64,000 bases of DNA, taken from positions 484 to 64,483 of the forward strand of contig JBFYMA010000022.1 of the NCBI GenBank assembly GCA_041305085.1. Direction: 5' to 3'. The notes under the pieces are model-generated. The model was not told the DNA's origin, searched no databases, and worked only from the letters and a program-made list of their open reading frames with translations. Of this stretch, positions 29,032-39,145 are shown piece by piece. This DNA comes from Nanobdellota archaeon (GTDB taxonomy: Archaea; Nanobdellota; Nanobdellia; Woesearchaeales; UBA9642). Position 1 is the stretch's first letter. Each line of letters starts with the position of its first letter. Both the position numbers and the translations under genes were made by a program.

Positions 29032-30852
29032 TTATTCCACAGTAACGCTTTTGGCAAGGTTTCTGGGCTTATCAGGATCCAACCCTTTAAGAACTGCAAT
29101 ATGATAAGCAAGCAGCTGCAGGGGTATTATGTTTATAATCGGAGAGAGAAAGTCTAGTGTTTCCGGGACATAGATAACTTTGTTTGAGAGCTTTTCAACC
29201 AGTTCATCCTTTTGGGAGACAATACTGATGATTATTCCTTTTCTTGCTCTTACTTCCTGCATATTGCTAAGAATTTTTTCATAGGTTCCGTTTCTTGAGG
29301 CAATGAAAACAACAGGCATGTTCTGGTCTATAAGCGCTATTGGCCCGTGCTTCATCTCTGCAGCAGGATAACCCTCTGCATGTATGTAGCTGATTTCCTT
29401 TAGCTTTAGGGCTCCTTCAAGCGCTGTTGGAAAATTTATTCCTCTGCCCAAAAAAAGAAAATTGTTTGCTTTATAGAATTCTTTTGCAATTTCTTTTATT
29501 CTGTTTGTAAAGTTTTCCTGGAGTATGCTTTCGACCTTTCCAGGCAGTGCTTCCAGCTCCTTGAAAAGTTTTTCATAATGCTTGCTGCCTATTTTTCCTG
29601 TAACATTTGCTATCCTCAAAGTTAAGAGCAGCAGTGCAAGTATCTGGCCTGTGAAAGCCTTAGTGCTGGCAACGCCTATCTCAGGGCCTGCGTGGATATA
29701 AACTCCTGCATCGACTTCTCTTGAGATGCTGCTTCCCACAACGTTTATTATTCCAAGGGTTTTTGAGGTTTTTTTTGCCTTTCTCAATGCTTCCAGTGTG
29801 TCTGCAGTCTCTCCAGACTGGGAGATGGCAATTACAAGGTCTGAATCACTCATTATTATTTCTGAATACCTGAATTCTGAGGCGTACTCAACACTTACAG
29901 GCAGCTTAAGAATTGATTCCATGAACTGCCTTGCAATCAACCCAGAATGCCAGCTGGTACCACACCCAAGGATTATTATCCTATTTATTTTGTTAAGGTC
30001 TATGTTTTCTCTTTCAATGGAAATCTTTATTCCGTCTTTTTTCAGCCTTCCCCTGAGGCAGTTCTGCAAGGATTTTGGCTGCTCAAAAATTTCCTTGAGC
30101 ATGAAGTGGTCAAAGCCAGACTTTTCTATTGCTTTTATATCCCAGCTTATCTTTTCAATCTTTGGAGCAAAGGGCTTTTCCTTTTTTCTTATCACAACAC
30201 CTTTTTTTGTAATAGTGCAAAAGTCCTCTCTTTCCAGCACATAGTAGTCCTTTGTAAAAGGAGCAATTGCTGCAATGTCGCTTGCAACAAAAAATTCTTT
30301 TTTGCCGTATCCAACAATAAGTGGGCTGCCTTTTCTTGCGCACACAAACATATCATCTTTTTTTGAAAGTATTACAACTCCATAGGTGCCTTCAAGAAGG
30401 TTCAGAGCCTTTTTCACAGCATCCTCAAAGATGTTGCTTTTTGCAAAATCAGCAACAAGAAATGCTATGACTTCTGAATCAGTCTGAGTGGAGAAAACAG
30501 CACCTTTTTCTGCCAAGTATTTTTTCAAAGCCTCTGCGTTTTCTATTATGCCGTTGTGGACTATGAAAAAGTTTTTCCCCTGGTCAAAGTGTGGATGTGC
30601 GTTAAGCTCGTTTGGCTCGCCATGGGTAGCCCATCTTGTGTGGGCAATGCCTGAATTGCCTTGTATTTTCACATTTTTTATGGATTCTGCAAGAAACGAA
30701 ACTTTGCCAGGCTTTTTTATGCAGGTTATTTGCTGGCTGTTTTTTACAGCAATGCCCGCACTGTCGTAGCCCCTGTACTCCATCCTTTGCAGGCCCTGGA
30801 TAAGAATTTCTGCTGCATTTCTATGGCCGACATAGCCGAAAATCCCGCACAT
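29032..30852 (-). CDS. glmS: glutamine--fructose-6-phosphate aminotransferase
   Basis: N-terminal MCGIFGYVG (Ntn Cys), two SIS domains, C-terminal ...KSVTVE. 606 aa. Confidence 0.92.
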   Translation of the reverse strand: MCGIFGYVGHRNAAEILIQGLQRMEYRGYDSAGIAVKNSQQITCIKKPGKVSFLAESIKNVKIQGNSGIAHTRWATHGEPNELNAHPHFDQGKNFFIVHNGIIENAEALKKYLAEKGAVFSTQTDSEVIAFLVADFAKSNIFEDAVKKALNLLEGTYGVVILSKKDDMFVCARKGSPLIVGYGKKEFFVASDIAAIAPFTKDYYVLEREDFCTITKKGVVIRKKEKPFAPKIEKISWDIKAIEKSGFDHFMLKEIFEQPKSLQNCLRGRLKKDGIKISIERENIDLNKINRIIILGCGTSWHSGLIARQFMESILKLPVSVEYASEFRYSEIIMSDSDLVIAISQSGETADTLEALRKAKKTSKTLGIINVVGSSISREVDAGVYIHAGPEIGVASTKAFTGQILALLLLTLRIANVTGKIGSKHYEKLFKELEALPGKVESILQENFTNRIKEIAKEFYKANNFLFLGRGINFPTALEGALKLKEISYIHAEGYPAAEMKHGPIALIDQNMPVVFIASRNGTYEKILSNMQEVRARKGIIISIVSQKDELVEKLSNKVIYVPETLDFLSPIINIIPLQLLAYHIAVLKGLDPDKPRNLAKSVTVE

Positions 30853-30931
30853 AGCTATTCTAAGAATTGGCTTGTTTTTAAATATTTATCACTTGCATTC
30901 TATACTGAAAATTAACAACGTTTAAAAAGGG

Positions 30932-31663
30932 TTATTTTGAAATCCTCCACAGCCATTCAAAATATTTTTTGAATGAATCTGCTAGTTCTTTGCTTTCTAT
31001 GAGTATTATAAAAGGTATTTCGTTTTTGGTAACACAATAAAAGTTTATGCTGTTGCCGTATATGTTTATGACTGTTGGAGTCTGGATTGTTTTTGGAAGG
31101 TATTTTATTTTGGTGAAAGGCATTGCTGAAAGTGCCTTGCCTCTTTTTTTTGCTGTAGAATTGTTGGTAAGAAGTCCCCTTACTTTTATTTTCAGCTTTA
31201 TTCTTTCTTTGTGAAACTGCTCCAAAAAGTATGGTATTGTTTTATATGTTTCTCCTCCAGAGCTTAGAGAAAGCCATTCTTTGGGCTTTGACCTAATTAT
31301 ATCTTCAAGAACTGATTTTATTCCCTGCTTTCCTTTGAATATTTTTACTTCAAGGGTTGACTGAAATTTTGACAGCTCCAGAAGGCTCGGAAGAACGTTT
31401 TGTATTTTTTGCTCTTTTTCCTTAAGTATTTCAATTAGCCTGTTTGGATTTGCAGCTTCAAAAAACTTTTTTCTTCCAACTGTAGCATAGCTCGCCAAGC
31501 CTTTCTCTATAAGTCTTTCCAGGAGGTCATAAACAACTGCCCTGTGCAAGCCTGTTTTTTGTATTATGGCAGATGCTGATGAAGATCCTAACCGAAGAAG
31601 TGCGAGATATACTTCTGCCTCTTTTTCAGTCATTCCTATTTCCTGGAGTTCTGAATTTGACAT
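30932..31663 (-). CDS. TrmB-family transcriptional regulator
   Basis: N-terminal LTEKEAEVYLALLRLGSSSASAIIQKTGLHRAVVYDLLERLIEKGL (TrmB HTH) plus a C-terminal sugar-binding-like domain. Confidence 0.7.
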   Translation of the reverse strand: MSNSELQEIGMTEKEAEVYLALLRLGSSSASAIIQKTGLHRAVVYDLLERLIEKGLASYATVGRKKFFEAANPNRLIEILKEKEQKIQNVLPSLLELSKFQSTLEVKIFKGKQGIKSVLEDIIRSKPKEWLSLSSGGETYKTIPYFLEQFHKERIKLKIKVRGLLTNNSTAKKRGKALSAMPFTKIKYLPKTIQTPTVINIYGNSINFYCVTKNEIPFIILIESKELADSFKKYFEWLWRISK

Positions 31664-31719
31664 TATTTTTTGAAAGATATTCTCATATTTAAAGTTGTCG
31701 TAATATTGATTATTACAAA

Positions 31720-33006
31720 GTGTTATTAATAATCAGTAGTTTTTTACAATTCATGGACAGAAGTTTAATAAATAGAACTTTCATAAACGGTACAGGTGTA
31801 TGTATTCCTGATCATTTTTTGGATAGGAATACAGTTGCAAACTCTAAACTTGAAAAAGAGCTTGATATGGCAGAAGGAAGCATTGAACTTAAAACTGGAA
31901 TAAGGCAAAGGGCTTGGTCATCTCTTCCAGAAAATAACTATAAATTATACACTATTGAAGAAATGGCTGCAAATGCTGCTGTTGAAGCAGTGAAGTCTTC
32001 AAAGGATTCATTGTATTCTGGAACAAGAATTAGTAGAGTTTCAAGAATAATAATTTCAAGAGACATAATTCTTACAAGAAGAGCACGTTCAGTTGGCAAG
32101 GCAATAATAGAGAAATTGTACGAGAACAAAATTTCTGTCGACAAGTGCTATTCAATAGATTTAACAAATTATTGTCCTGGATTTGTCCATGCCCTGCACA
32201 TTGCTGAATTAATGGTGCGGAATGATGAGGCAGATCATGTACTTGTTGTTTCCTCGACAGATTATACTGACATAATAAATACAAACCATGCATTTAATAA
32301 ACAGTTTGAAAAAAAATTTGATTTAAATGCAAAATCAGTACTACAGTACTCTCTTTCAGAGCACGAATGTTTTCAGCCTCCGAAAGATAATGCTTTTCTT
32401 TGGGGCTGCGGAGCAGGAGCAGTTGTTGTTAGCAGGGTTGGGCCTTGCGATTATGCATTTACAGGATCAGAAGACAAGATAATTGGTTATGGTGCATGGG
32501 GCGCTGGAAGAGAAAAGCATGTCCCCAGTAATACAGAAAAAGGAGTTTTTGACCAATACCTTGACAGAACATTCATGAAACACTCTTTTGGAATAGGTGA
32601 AAGTGATGATGGCAAGGCATTTGCTTCTCTAGATGGACTGAAAATATATAAGTATGCAATGACTGAAGTTCCAAAATTTATTGAACATATGCTTTCAAAA
32701 TACAAAATTGACCCAAAAACTGTAAAGCTTGTGCCTCATCAGCCAAATCCAAGAATATTAAATGATTTAAGCCAAAGAATTCCCATCCCTAAAGAAAATA
32801 CGATTATGAGTTGTCACAGGCTTGGCAACATGATCGGTGCATCAATACCTGTTACATATCATTTTGCAAAAGAATCAACAAAAAGACAGTACTCCCGCCC
32901 ACCATATGGTATCGAAGGAACAATAAAAAAAGGAGATGTTGTCTTCTTTTGCTCTTTTGGAGACTCTTATTTGACTACAAGCGGGTTATTGTTTAAAGCA
33001 ACCTAA
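31720..33006 (+). CDS. thiolase-fold condensing enzyme, FabH (KAS III)-like
   Basis: Candidate active-site Cys in NYCPGFVHAL (cf. FabH AACAGF.YAL), His in VPHQPNPRIL, Asn in GNMIGASIP. 428 aa with insertions; the start may be 31753. Confidence 0.6.
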   Translation: MLLIISSFLQFMDRSLINRTFINGTGVCIPDHFLDRNTVANSKLEKELDMAEGSIELKTGIRQRAWSSLPENNYKLYTIEEMAANAAVEAVKSSKDSLYSGTRISRVSRIIISRDIILTRRARSVGKAIIEKLYENKISVDKCYSIDLTNYCPGFVHALHIAELMVRNDEADHVLVVSSTDYTDIINTNHAFNKQFEKKFDLNAKSVLQYSLSEHECFQPPKDNAFLWGCGAGAVVVSRVGPCDYAFTGSEDKIIGYGAWGAGREKHVPSNTEKGVFDQYLDRTFMKHSFGIGESDDGKAFASLDGLKIYKYAMTEVPKFIEHMLSKYKIDPKTVKLVPHQPNPRILNDLSQRIPIPKENTIMSCHRLGNMIGASIPVTYHFAKESTKRQYSRPPYGIEGTIKKGDVVFFCSFGDSYLTTSGLLFKAT

Positions 33007-33879
33007 TCAAACATACTTCTCCATGTCCTGGGAGATGTCTTCTTTGTTGATGGGGTAGTCGATCAGCGCTTTGCCGCCCTGGAGCGCTATGCAGTTTTCT
33101 TCGTAGGTTTTTCTTTCATGCTTATAGAATATGCCTATGGGCACTTTTTCTCCGAACTCTTCAGCCTTTTTCAGAGCTGATTCTTTGCTTGTAATATCAT
33201 GCCCTTGATCCTGTAGTTTGTAAACTCTTTCCTTCCAGAACTGGAATGTGTTGTGGTGGTTGAATGTTACGCAGGGCTGGAATATGTCTATGAGCGCAAA
33301 GCCCTTGTGCTTTATGGCTTCCATCATCAGCCATTTTAAGTGCTGTATGTCCCCTGCATACCCTCTTGCAACAAAGCTTGCACCTGAAGCAATTGCGACG
33401 CTTATGGGGTTGAATGGGACTTCATAGTTTCCCTGAGGGCTGGTTTTGGTTATTATGCCTTGTTCGGTTGTTGGGCTGGTCTGGTTTTTTGTGAGTGCAT
33501 AAAGAAGGTTGTCGTGCACAAAATAGCTTATGTTTATGTTTCGTTTGCAGGCGTGTATAAAGTGCTGCAGTCCTTCTCCATAGCCGTCTCCGTCTCCTCC
33601 TGCACTTACCACAGTAAGTCTTGGATTGGTAAGCTTTATCCCTTCAGCAACTGGAATGCCTCTGCCGTGTATTGAGTTGAACCCTATTGTTTTTACCCAG
33701 TAAGGGATTTTGCTGGAGCAGCCGATTCCTGAAGTAAGCACAAATTCATCTCTTGGTATTCCAAGTTCCATGACTGCCATTTTAATTGCAGTCAGTATGC
33801 CGAAGTTTCCGCAGCCAGGGCACCAATTATTGTCTTTGCACGCCCTGTCAAGGTCTTTGAGTGTTATTTTTTGCTCCAT
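33007..33879 (-). CDS. 2-oxoacid:ferredoxin oxidoreductase, beta (TPP-binding) subunit
   Basis: WCPGCGNFGI and GIGCSS TPP/Fe-S motifs. Immediately downstream of the alpha subunit. Confidence 0.85.
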   Translation of the reverse strand: MEQKITLKDLDRACKDNNWCPGCGNFGILTAIKMAVMELGIPRDEFVLTSGIGCSSKIPYWVKTIGFNSIHGRGIPVAEGIKLTNPRLTVVSAGGDGDGYGEGLQHFIHACKRNINISYFVHDNLLYALTKNQTSPTTEQGIITKTSPQGNYEVPFNPISVAIASGASFVARGYAGDIQHLKWLMMEAIKHKGFALIDIFQPCVTFNHHNTFQFWKERVYKLQDQGHDITSKESALKKAEEFGEKVPIGIFYKHERKTYEENCIALQGGKALIDYPINKEDISQDMEKYV

Positions 33880-33882
33880 TTT

Positions 33883-35619
33883 TTATTTTCCCAGCAGTTG
33901 TTTTGCCTTGTCATATATTTCTTCAGGATAAAATGCCCTTCCGTCGTATTTCAAAAATGTGTCAAGCTTGTGGCCTGTGAATTCCCTTATTATTCCTGCA
34001 AGCTGCCCAGTAAAATTGTTTTCAACAACTATTGACTTTTTGAAATTCCTGAAATAGCTGCTGAACTCCTGCTCTGGGAAAGGATAGATATAGGTTATCT
34101 GCAAAAAGTTTACTTTGAGGCCTTCTTTTTCCAGCCACTTCATTGCCTCAAGTATAGGCCCTTTGGTTGAGCCCCAGGAAACAATTGAAATGTCTGCATC
34201 TTTTGGCCCGTATAATTTTGGCTTGGGAATATCTTTTTTTGCGTATTCCAGCTTTCTGAAGCGCTTGTTCATCTGCTGGTTTCTTACTTCTATTGACTCA
34301 TCAAATACGCCAGTTTCATCGTGCTCATCGCTTGTAACCATAAATATTGCTTTTTGGCCTGGAACAGCTCTTGGGCTGACACCTGTTTCAGTATTCTTGA
34401 ACCGTTTATAATTGCTGCCCATACTTGCAGCTTCCTGGTCTGTAAGATAATCCCTTTCACGAACCTTTATTTTGTGCTGGTCAAAAAAAGGAACAGTTAT
34501 TTCGCTGCCTCCAAGGTATTTGTCAGTTATTATTATTACAGGAAGATGGTATTTGTATGCAAGGTTAAAGGCATTTATTGTTTCATAGAAGGACTCTTCC
34601 ATATCTCCTGGAGCAAGAATAATCCTGGGAAACTCCCCGTGGGATGCATTGAGCGCAAACTTCAGGTCAGACTGCTCTGTCCAGGTTGGGATTCCTGTTG
34701 AAGGCCCTCCCCTTGTTGCCAGAACAATAACCAAAGGAGTCTCTGTTATGCCAATCATTCCCAGTGTTTCACTCATAAGCGCAAACCCTCCTCCAGAAGT
34801 GGCTGTCATAGCCCTTGCCCCTGCAAAGCTCGCCCCGACTGCGTGGTTTATGGCGCTTATCTCGTCCTCTGTCTGCTTCATTATGAGATTGTGGGATTTT
34901 TCCCTGTTAACCATCTCTATCATTATTGAGGTTGCAGGAGTCATTGGGTATGCTGACATAAACTTGCAGCCTGCTTTTATTGCTCCCAATGCTATGCATG
35001 AGTTTCCTGTTATGAGCATCTGCTTCTTTTTTTTGTCAAGAACTTCCATCTTTGTTTTAAACCTGACATTGTTATAGTTTTTCTTTACATAGTTGTATCC
35101 TTCCATGAAAAGTTTTGTGTTTTCCTCAATTATTTCTTCGCCTTTTTTTGCAAATTCTTTTTCAAGGATTTCTGTAAACATTGTGGTGTCATAGTCGAGT
35201 ATTGCAGTACTTGCCCCTAATGCTACTATGTTTCGCATTATGGGCTCGCCCTTGTTTTCCCTGACAATCTTTTTTATAGGAACAGAAAAAAGCTGAATAT
35301 TTTTGAAAGGCTTTACATCGACTGTTTCAGGGTCAAAGATTATTGCCCCGTCATCTGTAACCTCTGATGCGTTTTCTTTTATTGTGTTCTGGTTCAATGC
35401 CACAAGTATGTCAATAGGCCTTATCTGGGAGTGTATCTGCTCATCCTCAGCCCTTACATGAAATGTGTTGTGACCGCCCCTTATCAATGAAGGATATTCT
35501 GTATAGCAGAAGACATTGTAGCCTGCTCTTGAGAATGCTTTGGCAAATATTGTGCCTGATTCCATGATGCCATAGCCTGCTTCTCCTCCAATCTTCCAAG
35601 AAACCTTGTTTTTCGCCAT
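33883..35619 (-). CDS. 2-oxoacid:ferredoxin oxidoreductase, fused gamma/alpha subunit
   Basis: N-terminal gamma-like domain (KIGGEAGYGIMESG..F) followed by alpha-domain motifs (AYPMTPAT, GGGFALMSE), as in two-subunit archaeal OFORs. Confidence 0.85.
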   Translation of the reverse strand: MAKNKVSWKIGGEAGYGIMESGTIFAKAFSRAGYNVFCYTEYPSLIRGGHNTFHVRAEDEQIHSQIRPIDILVALNQNTIKENASEVTDDGAIIFDPETVDVKPFKNIQLFSVPIKKIVRENKGEPIMRNIVALGASTAILDYDTTMFTEILEKEFAKKGEEIIEENTKLFMEGYNYVKKNYNNVRFKTKMEVLDKKKKQMLITGNSCIALGAIKAGCKFMSAYPMTPATSIMIEMVNREKSHNLIMKQTEDEISAINHAVGASFAGARAMTATSGGGFALMSETLGMIGITETPLVIVLATRGGPSTGIPTWTEQSDLKFALNASHGEFPRIILAPGDMEESFYETINAFNLAYKYHLPVIIITDKYLGGSEITVPFFDQHKIKVRERDYLTDQEAASMGSNYKRFKNTETGVSPRAVPGQKAIFMVTSDEHDETGVFDESIEVRNQQMNKRFRKLEYAKKDIPKPKLYGPKDADISIVSWGSTKGPILEAMKWLEKEGLKVNFLQITYIYPFPEQEFSSYFRNFKKSIVVENNFTGQLAGIIREFTGHKLDTFLKYDGRAFYPEEIYDKAKQLLGK

Positions 35620-35681
35620 ACACACCCCTTTTTAACTGTTTGAGGGAATATTATTATTTATAAACTTTGCGGATGTTAATG

Positions 35682-36568
35682 CTGTGTCCCGAAAGTGTGT
35701 TGAGCCAGCAGAATAAGTTGTGGCAGGCTAGTTTGCCACAGACTTCTATACAGATGGTTCAGGCTTTTTGAGAGCTTACGCTACTTCCGTATTTGCGTTT
35801 GGTTGCGCCAAACACTGCTTCGATAAGGCTTCTCCGATTGTAGGTTTTTTGTCTGAATGCTTTGTGCATCTTTTTTCTGAAAAAACCCTTTTTTGCATTC
35901 TTTTTCTTAGGAATCATGAGCAAGATTCCTTGCTCATGTGCTTGTTTGTAGAATTTTTCGGAGACGTAATCTTTGTCTGCTACAAGAATCCGTAGATTGC
36001 TTTGCCTTATGAGCTGGTATGCATCTTTAAGGTCGTGTGCGGGTAGCACACGAACCCTGGCGGCACAAAACTTTTTGTGCCGCGTGTCAAAAGCAGCATT
36101 CAACTTAATAGGCACTTTTGGCATTTTACCATCAATACACTTCAAGTAGTGATAGCTAGGGTTTATCCTAGACAAACCCGTTGCGTCAAGCGCAACAATG
36201 CGCACTTGCCTGCTTGTTGCCTTAATTACTTGCTGCCAAAAACGAATATCAAGCTTTGCAGCTGTGCGTTGCAAAAATGATTTTGTTGGGCAAGTAAAAC
36301 CCAACAAGTCACACAACTGCTTGACTCTCCGATAAGAGAGTCTACAACAGAAACGTATCAATAACGCACATATGTACTCGTACAACTCATACATCTTTGG
36401 CCCGAAATGGTGCAGCCATCTCGGACAGCCTAAGCGTTTGAGCAAACGCTTAACTTTATATACTAATTTTGCTTGTTTCTCCATTGGTAGACACCTGCGT
36501 TGTCCACCCCTCAGACAGCCTTACTGCTGTTTGAGGTTATAATCCTTTAGAAAAATCAGAGTCTCGGG
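35682..36568 (-). mobile_element. IS5/IS4-superfamily insertion sequence with imperfect terminal inverted repeats
   Basis: About 19-bp TIRs: gctgtgtcccgaaagtgtg at 35682 and cagagtctcgggacagagc at 36550 (15/19 complementary). GC content is visibly higher than the flanks. Encodes one DDE transposase. Confidence 0.7.
35759..36484 (-). CDS. DDE transposase (IS5-like)
   Basis: ALDATG, VADKDY and the C-terminal SLIEAVFGATKRKYG motif typical of IS4/IS5 DDE transposases. Confidence 0.8.
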   Translation of the reverse strand: MEKQAKLVYKVKRLLKRLGCPRWLHHFGPKMYELYEYICALLIRFCCRLSYRRVKQLCDLLGFTCPTKSFLQRTAAKLDIRFWQQVIKATSRQVRIVALDATGLSRINPSYHYLKCIDGKMPKVPIKLNAAFDTRHKKFCAARVRVLPAHDLKDAYQLIRQSNLRILVADKDYVSEKFYKQAHEQGILLMIPKKKNAKKGFFRKKMHKAFRQKTYNRRSLIEAVFGATKRKYGSSVSSQKA

Positions 36569-36623
36569 ACAGAGCATATATATCCATTAAGTATTTAAAT
36601 ATTGCAAATTTTTGTGTTGTAAT

Positions 36624-36693
36624 AACAAAAATTTCGACATGAAGGTCGGGCATTCAACCCATAGAAATTTCTCCTTTTAGTCGAAATTTTCAA
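36624..36693 (-). repeat. structured intergenic repeat, copy 4 (hairpin module only, reverse orientation)
   Basis: The reverse complement reads ttgaaaatttcgactaaaaggagaaatttctatgggttgaatgcccgaccttcatgtcgaaatttttgtt. Ends 9 nt before the wecB ATG, abutting the IS right end. Confidence 0.65.
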
Positions 36694-36701
36694 TAAATAA
36701 A

Positions 36702-37826
36702 ATGGAATCAAAAAATTGCAGGATAAAAATCATTAACGTTGTAGGCGCAAGACCTAATTTTGTCAAAATTGCACCTATTATGAGGGAGCTAAGAAACCAT
36801 AGTTTTTTTGAACCAATACTTGTACATACCGGACAGCACTACACAAAATCCATGAACGAGTATTTTTTTGAAGATTTGGGAATACCTAATCCTGATTACT
36901 CTTTGGGTGTGGGGTCAGGCTCTCATGCTGTCCAGACAGCAAAAATAATGACTGAGTTTGAAAAAGTGTGCCTTTCTGAAAAACCTGATCTCGTACTGGT
37001 AGTTGGTGATGTTAATTCAACAATAGCATGCGCACTGGTTGCAAAAAAGCTTCACATAAATGTTGTGCATGTAGAAGCAGGATTGAGAAGTTTTGACAGA
37101 GAAATGCCTGAAGAAATCAACAGAATATTAACAGATTCCATCTCTGACTTGCTTTTTGTGACAGAGATTTCAGGGATTCAAAATCTAAAAAATGAAGGGG
37201 TTTCTGAAGATAAAATGTTTATGGTTGGAAACGTAATGATTGACTCCCTTGTTCACAGCATTAAAAAAATAAGAAATGGGAAGTATTTTAAAAAATTTGG
37301 AGTAGACCCAAAAAAATATTTTGTACTAACTCTTCACAGGCCGAGCAATGTTGACAAAAAAGAAAACATTTTGTCCCTTCTTGATGCCATCAGCAAAATA
37401 CAAAAAAATGTAAAAATTGTTTTTCCTATTCACCCCAGAACTCTGAAATCACTAAAGGAAAAAAACATTCTGGAATCAGTAAAAAAAATGCAAAACCTAA
37501 TAATTTGCGAACCACTAAACTATATTGGCTTTTTGTCATTGGTCTATTACTCGAGAGGTGTCCTGACAGATTCGGGAGGGATCCAGGAGGAAACAACATA
37601 TTTCAAGATTCCTTGTATAACAATCAGGGAAAACACAGAAAGACCTTCAACAACAAAAACAGGAAGCAATATTTTGGTAGGTACTAATCCTGAAAGAATC
37701 GTTGAGGAAGCAAAAAAAGTTCTGGAAAATAAAAAATTTGAATCAGGGATACCTGAATTTTGGGATGGAAAAACCGCAAAAAGAATCGTTCAGATATTAT
37801 CAGAGCGTTTGAAAAATGGCAGTTAA
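36702..37826 (+). CDS. wecB: UDP-N-acetylglucosamine 2-epimerase (non-hydrolysing)
   Basis: KIINVVGARPNFVKIAPI, HTGQHY, HVEAGLRS, typical WecB/MnaA motifs. Confidence 0.88.
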   Translation: MESKNCRIKIINVVGARPNFVKIAPIMRELRNHSFFEPILVHTGQHYTKSMNEYFFEDLGIPNPDYSLGVGSGSHAVQTAKIMTEFEKVCLSEKPDLVLVVGDVNSTIACALVAKKLHINVVHVEAGLRSFDREMPEEINRILTDSISDLLFVTEISGIQNLKNEGVSEDKMFMVGNVMIDSLVHSIKKIRNGKYFKKFGVDPKKYFVLTLHRPSNVDKKENILSLLDAISKIQKNVKIVFPIHPRTLKSLKEKNILESVKKMQNLIICEPLNYIGFLSLVYYSRGVLTDSGGIQEETTYFKIPCITIRENTERPSTTKTGSNILVGTNPERIVEEAKKVLENKKFESGIPEFWDGKTAKRIVQILSERLKNGS

Positions 37827-39144
37827 AATAATCATTGTTGTGTTGGCTCCTGCAAAAGGAATTGGTGGAGGAAACAGAAAATTCAAAATTTATTATGACA
37901 ATTTTGATAAAAAATACTTTAACAAATATTATGTTTTTCTTGACAAAAACCCCAGAGCTTTTAAAAAAAACAAAGACGGTACATTCAACATAGGACTTGA
38001 AAAGTTACAACAATTTTTGGACAAAAAAAAGGCAGATTTTTTTTTTAGTGGGGAAAAAATTCCTGAAAAATTTTATAACGAAATTAAAAAAAAGTGCTTT
38101 TCCATAATTAATGTAAATTTCACATATCTTTATTCTAAAGACTCTAAGGATATAAACATTATCATAAGCAAGACAGACTATTTAAAGATAAAGCTTATTA
38201 ACAAAAAAATCCAGAACGCATATGTAGTATACAATCCCATAGATGTAAAAAAATGGGAATCTTTAAGAAATAATAGTCAAGGAAAGTATAAAAACTATTT
38301 TAAAAACAAAAAAATAAAATTAATTGTTGGTAGACTGGCCAGAGCAGAGCCCAGCAAATGGAATTATTTGATTATTAAAACACTTCTGCAAATGCAAAAA
38401 AGAAAGATATATGATTACGGATTTGTATTTGCAGGCATGACTGCATTATACAGAAAAACATTGCAGCTTTTCTTGGGAAGAAAAATGCTTGAAAACATCC
38501 TGTTTCTTCCCGAACTCAAAAAAGATGAAGACTTATCCAATTTTTATAACTCTATAGATCTTTTTTGGCAAACGTCCTTAATTGGCGAAAGCTTTGGAAA
38601 CGTTATTGCAGAAGCTTTTTACTTCAAGGTTCCAGTAATAACTGATTATAAAAGATTTGTGAGAAAAAATAAAAGAATAGACTTTTGGAGATATGATGCC
38701 CAGATAGAACTGGTGGATGATGGAAAAAATGGAAAATACTGCAACTATCCACAAAAAGTTATACAATTTTTGCAAAATACAAACTCTAAAAAACTTAAAA
38801 AAATGGGGGAAAATGGACTAAAAAAAACAAGATCTAAATATGATGTCAGGGACACATGCAAAACTTTTGCAAAAATATGCTATGAATACCTGAGAAAAGC
38901 CAAAAAAATTCCCAAAGATCCAAAATTTGAAGCCATCAAAAAAAAGCCTTCAGAAAAAGAATTAGATGATTATGAAAAAGAGTATTTTAAGAGAATAAGT
39001 TATGCTGTAAAGATTAACAAAATAAAACAAAACGAAAAAAGGACTTACAAAATCCAGGAATGGTTCTGGAAAAAAATAGAGTTGTTATATGTTGTAGTAA
39101 GAAAAGTTTGCAAAAAGCTCAAAATAGAATTGGAAAAGATGTAA
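37816..39144 (+). CDS. glycosyltransferase family 4 (GT-B) with a C-terminal extension
   Basis: EX7E motif GESFGNVIAEAF. Overlaps the wecB end by 11 nt. Confidence 0.7.
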   Translation: MAVKIIIVVLAPAKGIGGGNRKFKIYYDNFDKKYFNKYYVFLDKNPRAFKKNKDGTFNIGLEKLQQFLDKKKADFFFSGEKIPEKFYNEIKKKCFSIINVNFTYLYSKDSKDINIIISKTDYLKIKLINKKIQNAYVVYNPIDVKKWESLRNNSQGKYKNYFKNKKIKLIVGRLARAEPSKWNYLIIKTLLQMQKRKIYDYGFVFAGMTALYRKTLQLFLGRKMLENILFLPELKKDEDLSNFYNSIDLFWQTSLIGESFGNVIAEAFYFKVPVITDYKRFVRKNKRIDFWRYDAQIELVDDGKNGKYCNYPQKVIQFLQNTNSKKLKKMGENGLKKTRSKYDVRDTCKTFAKICYEYLRKAKKIPKDPKFEAIKKKPSEKELDDYEKEYFKRISYAVKINKIKQNEKRTYKIQEWFWKKIELLYVVVRKVCKKLKIELEKM

Positions 39145-39145
39145 A

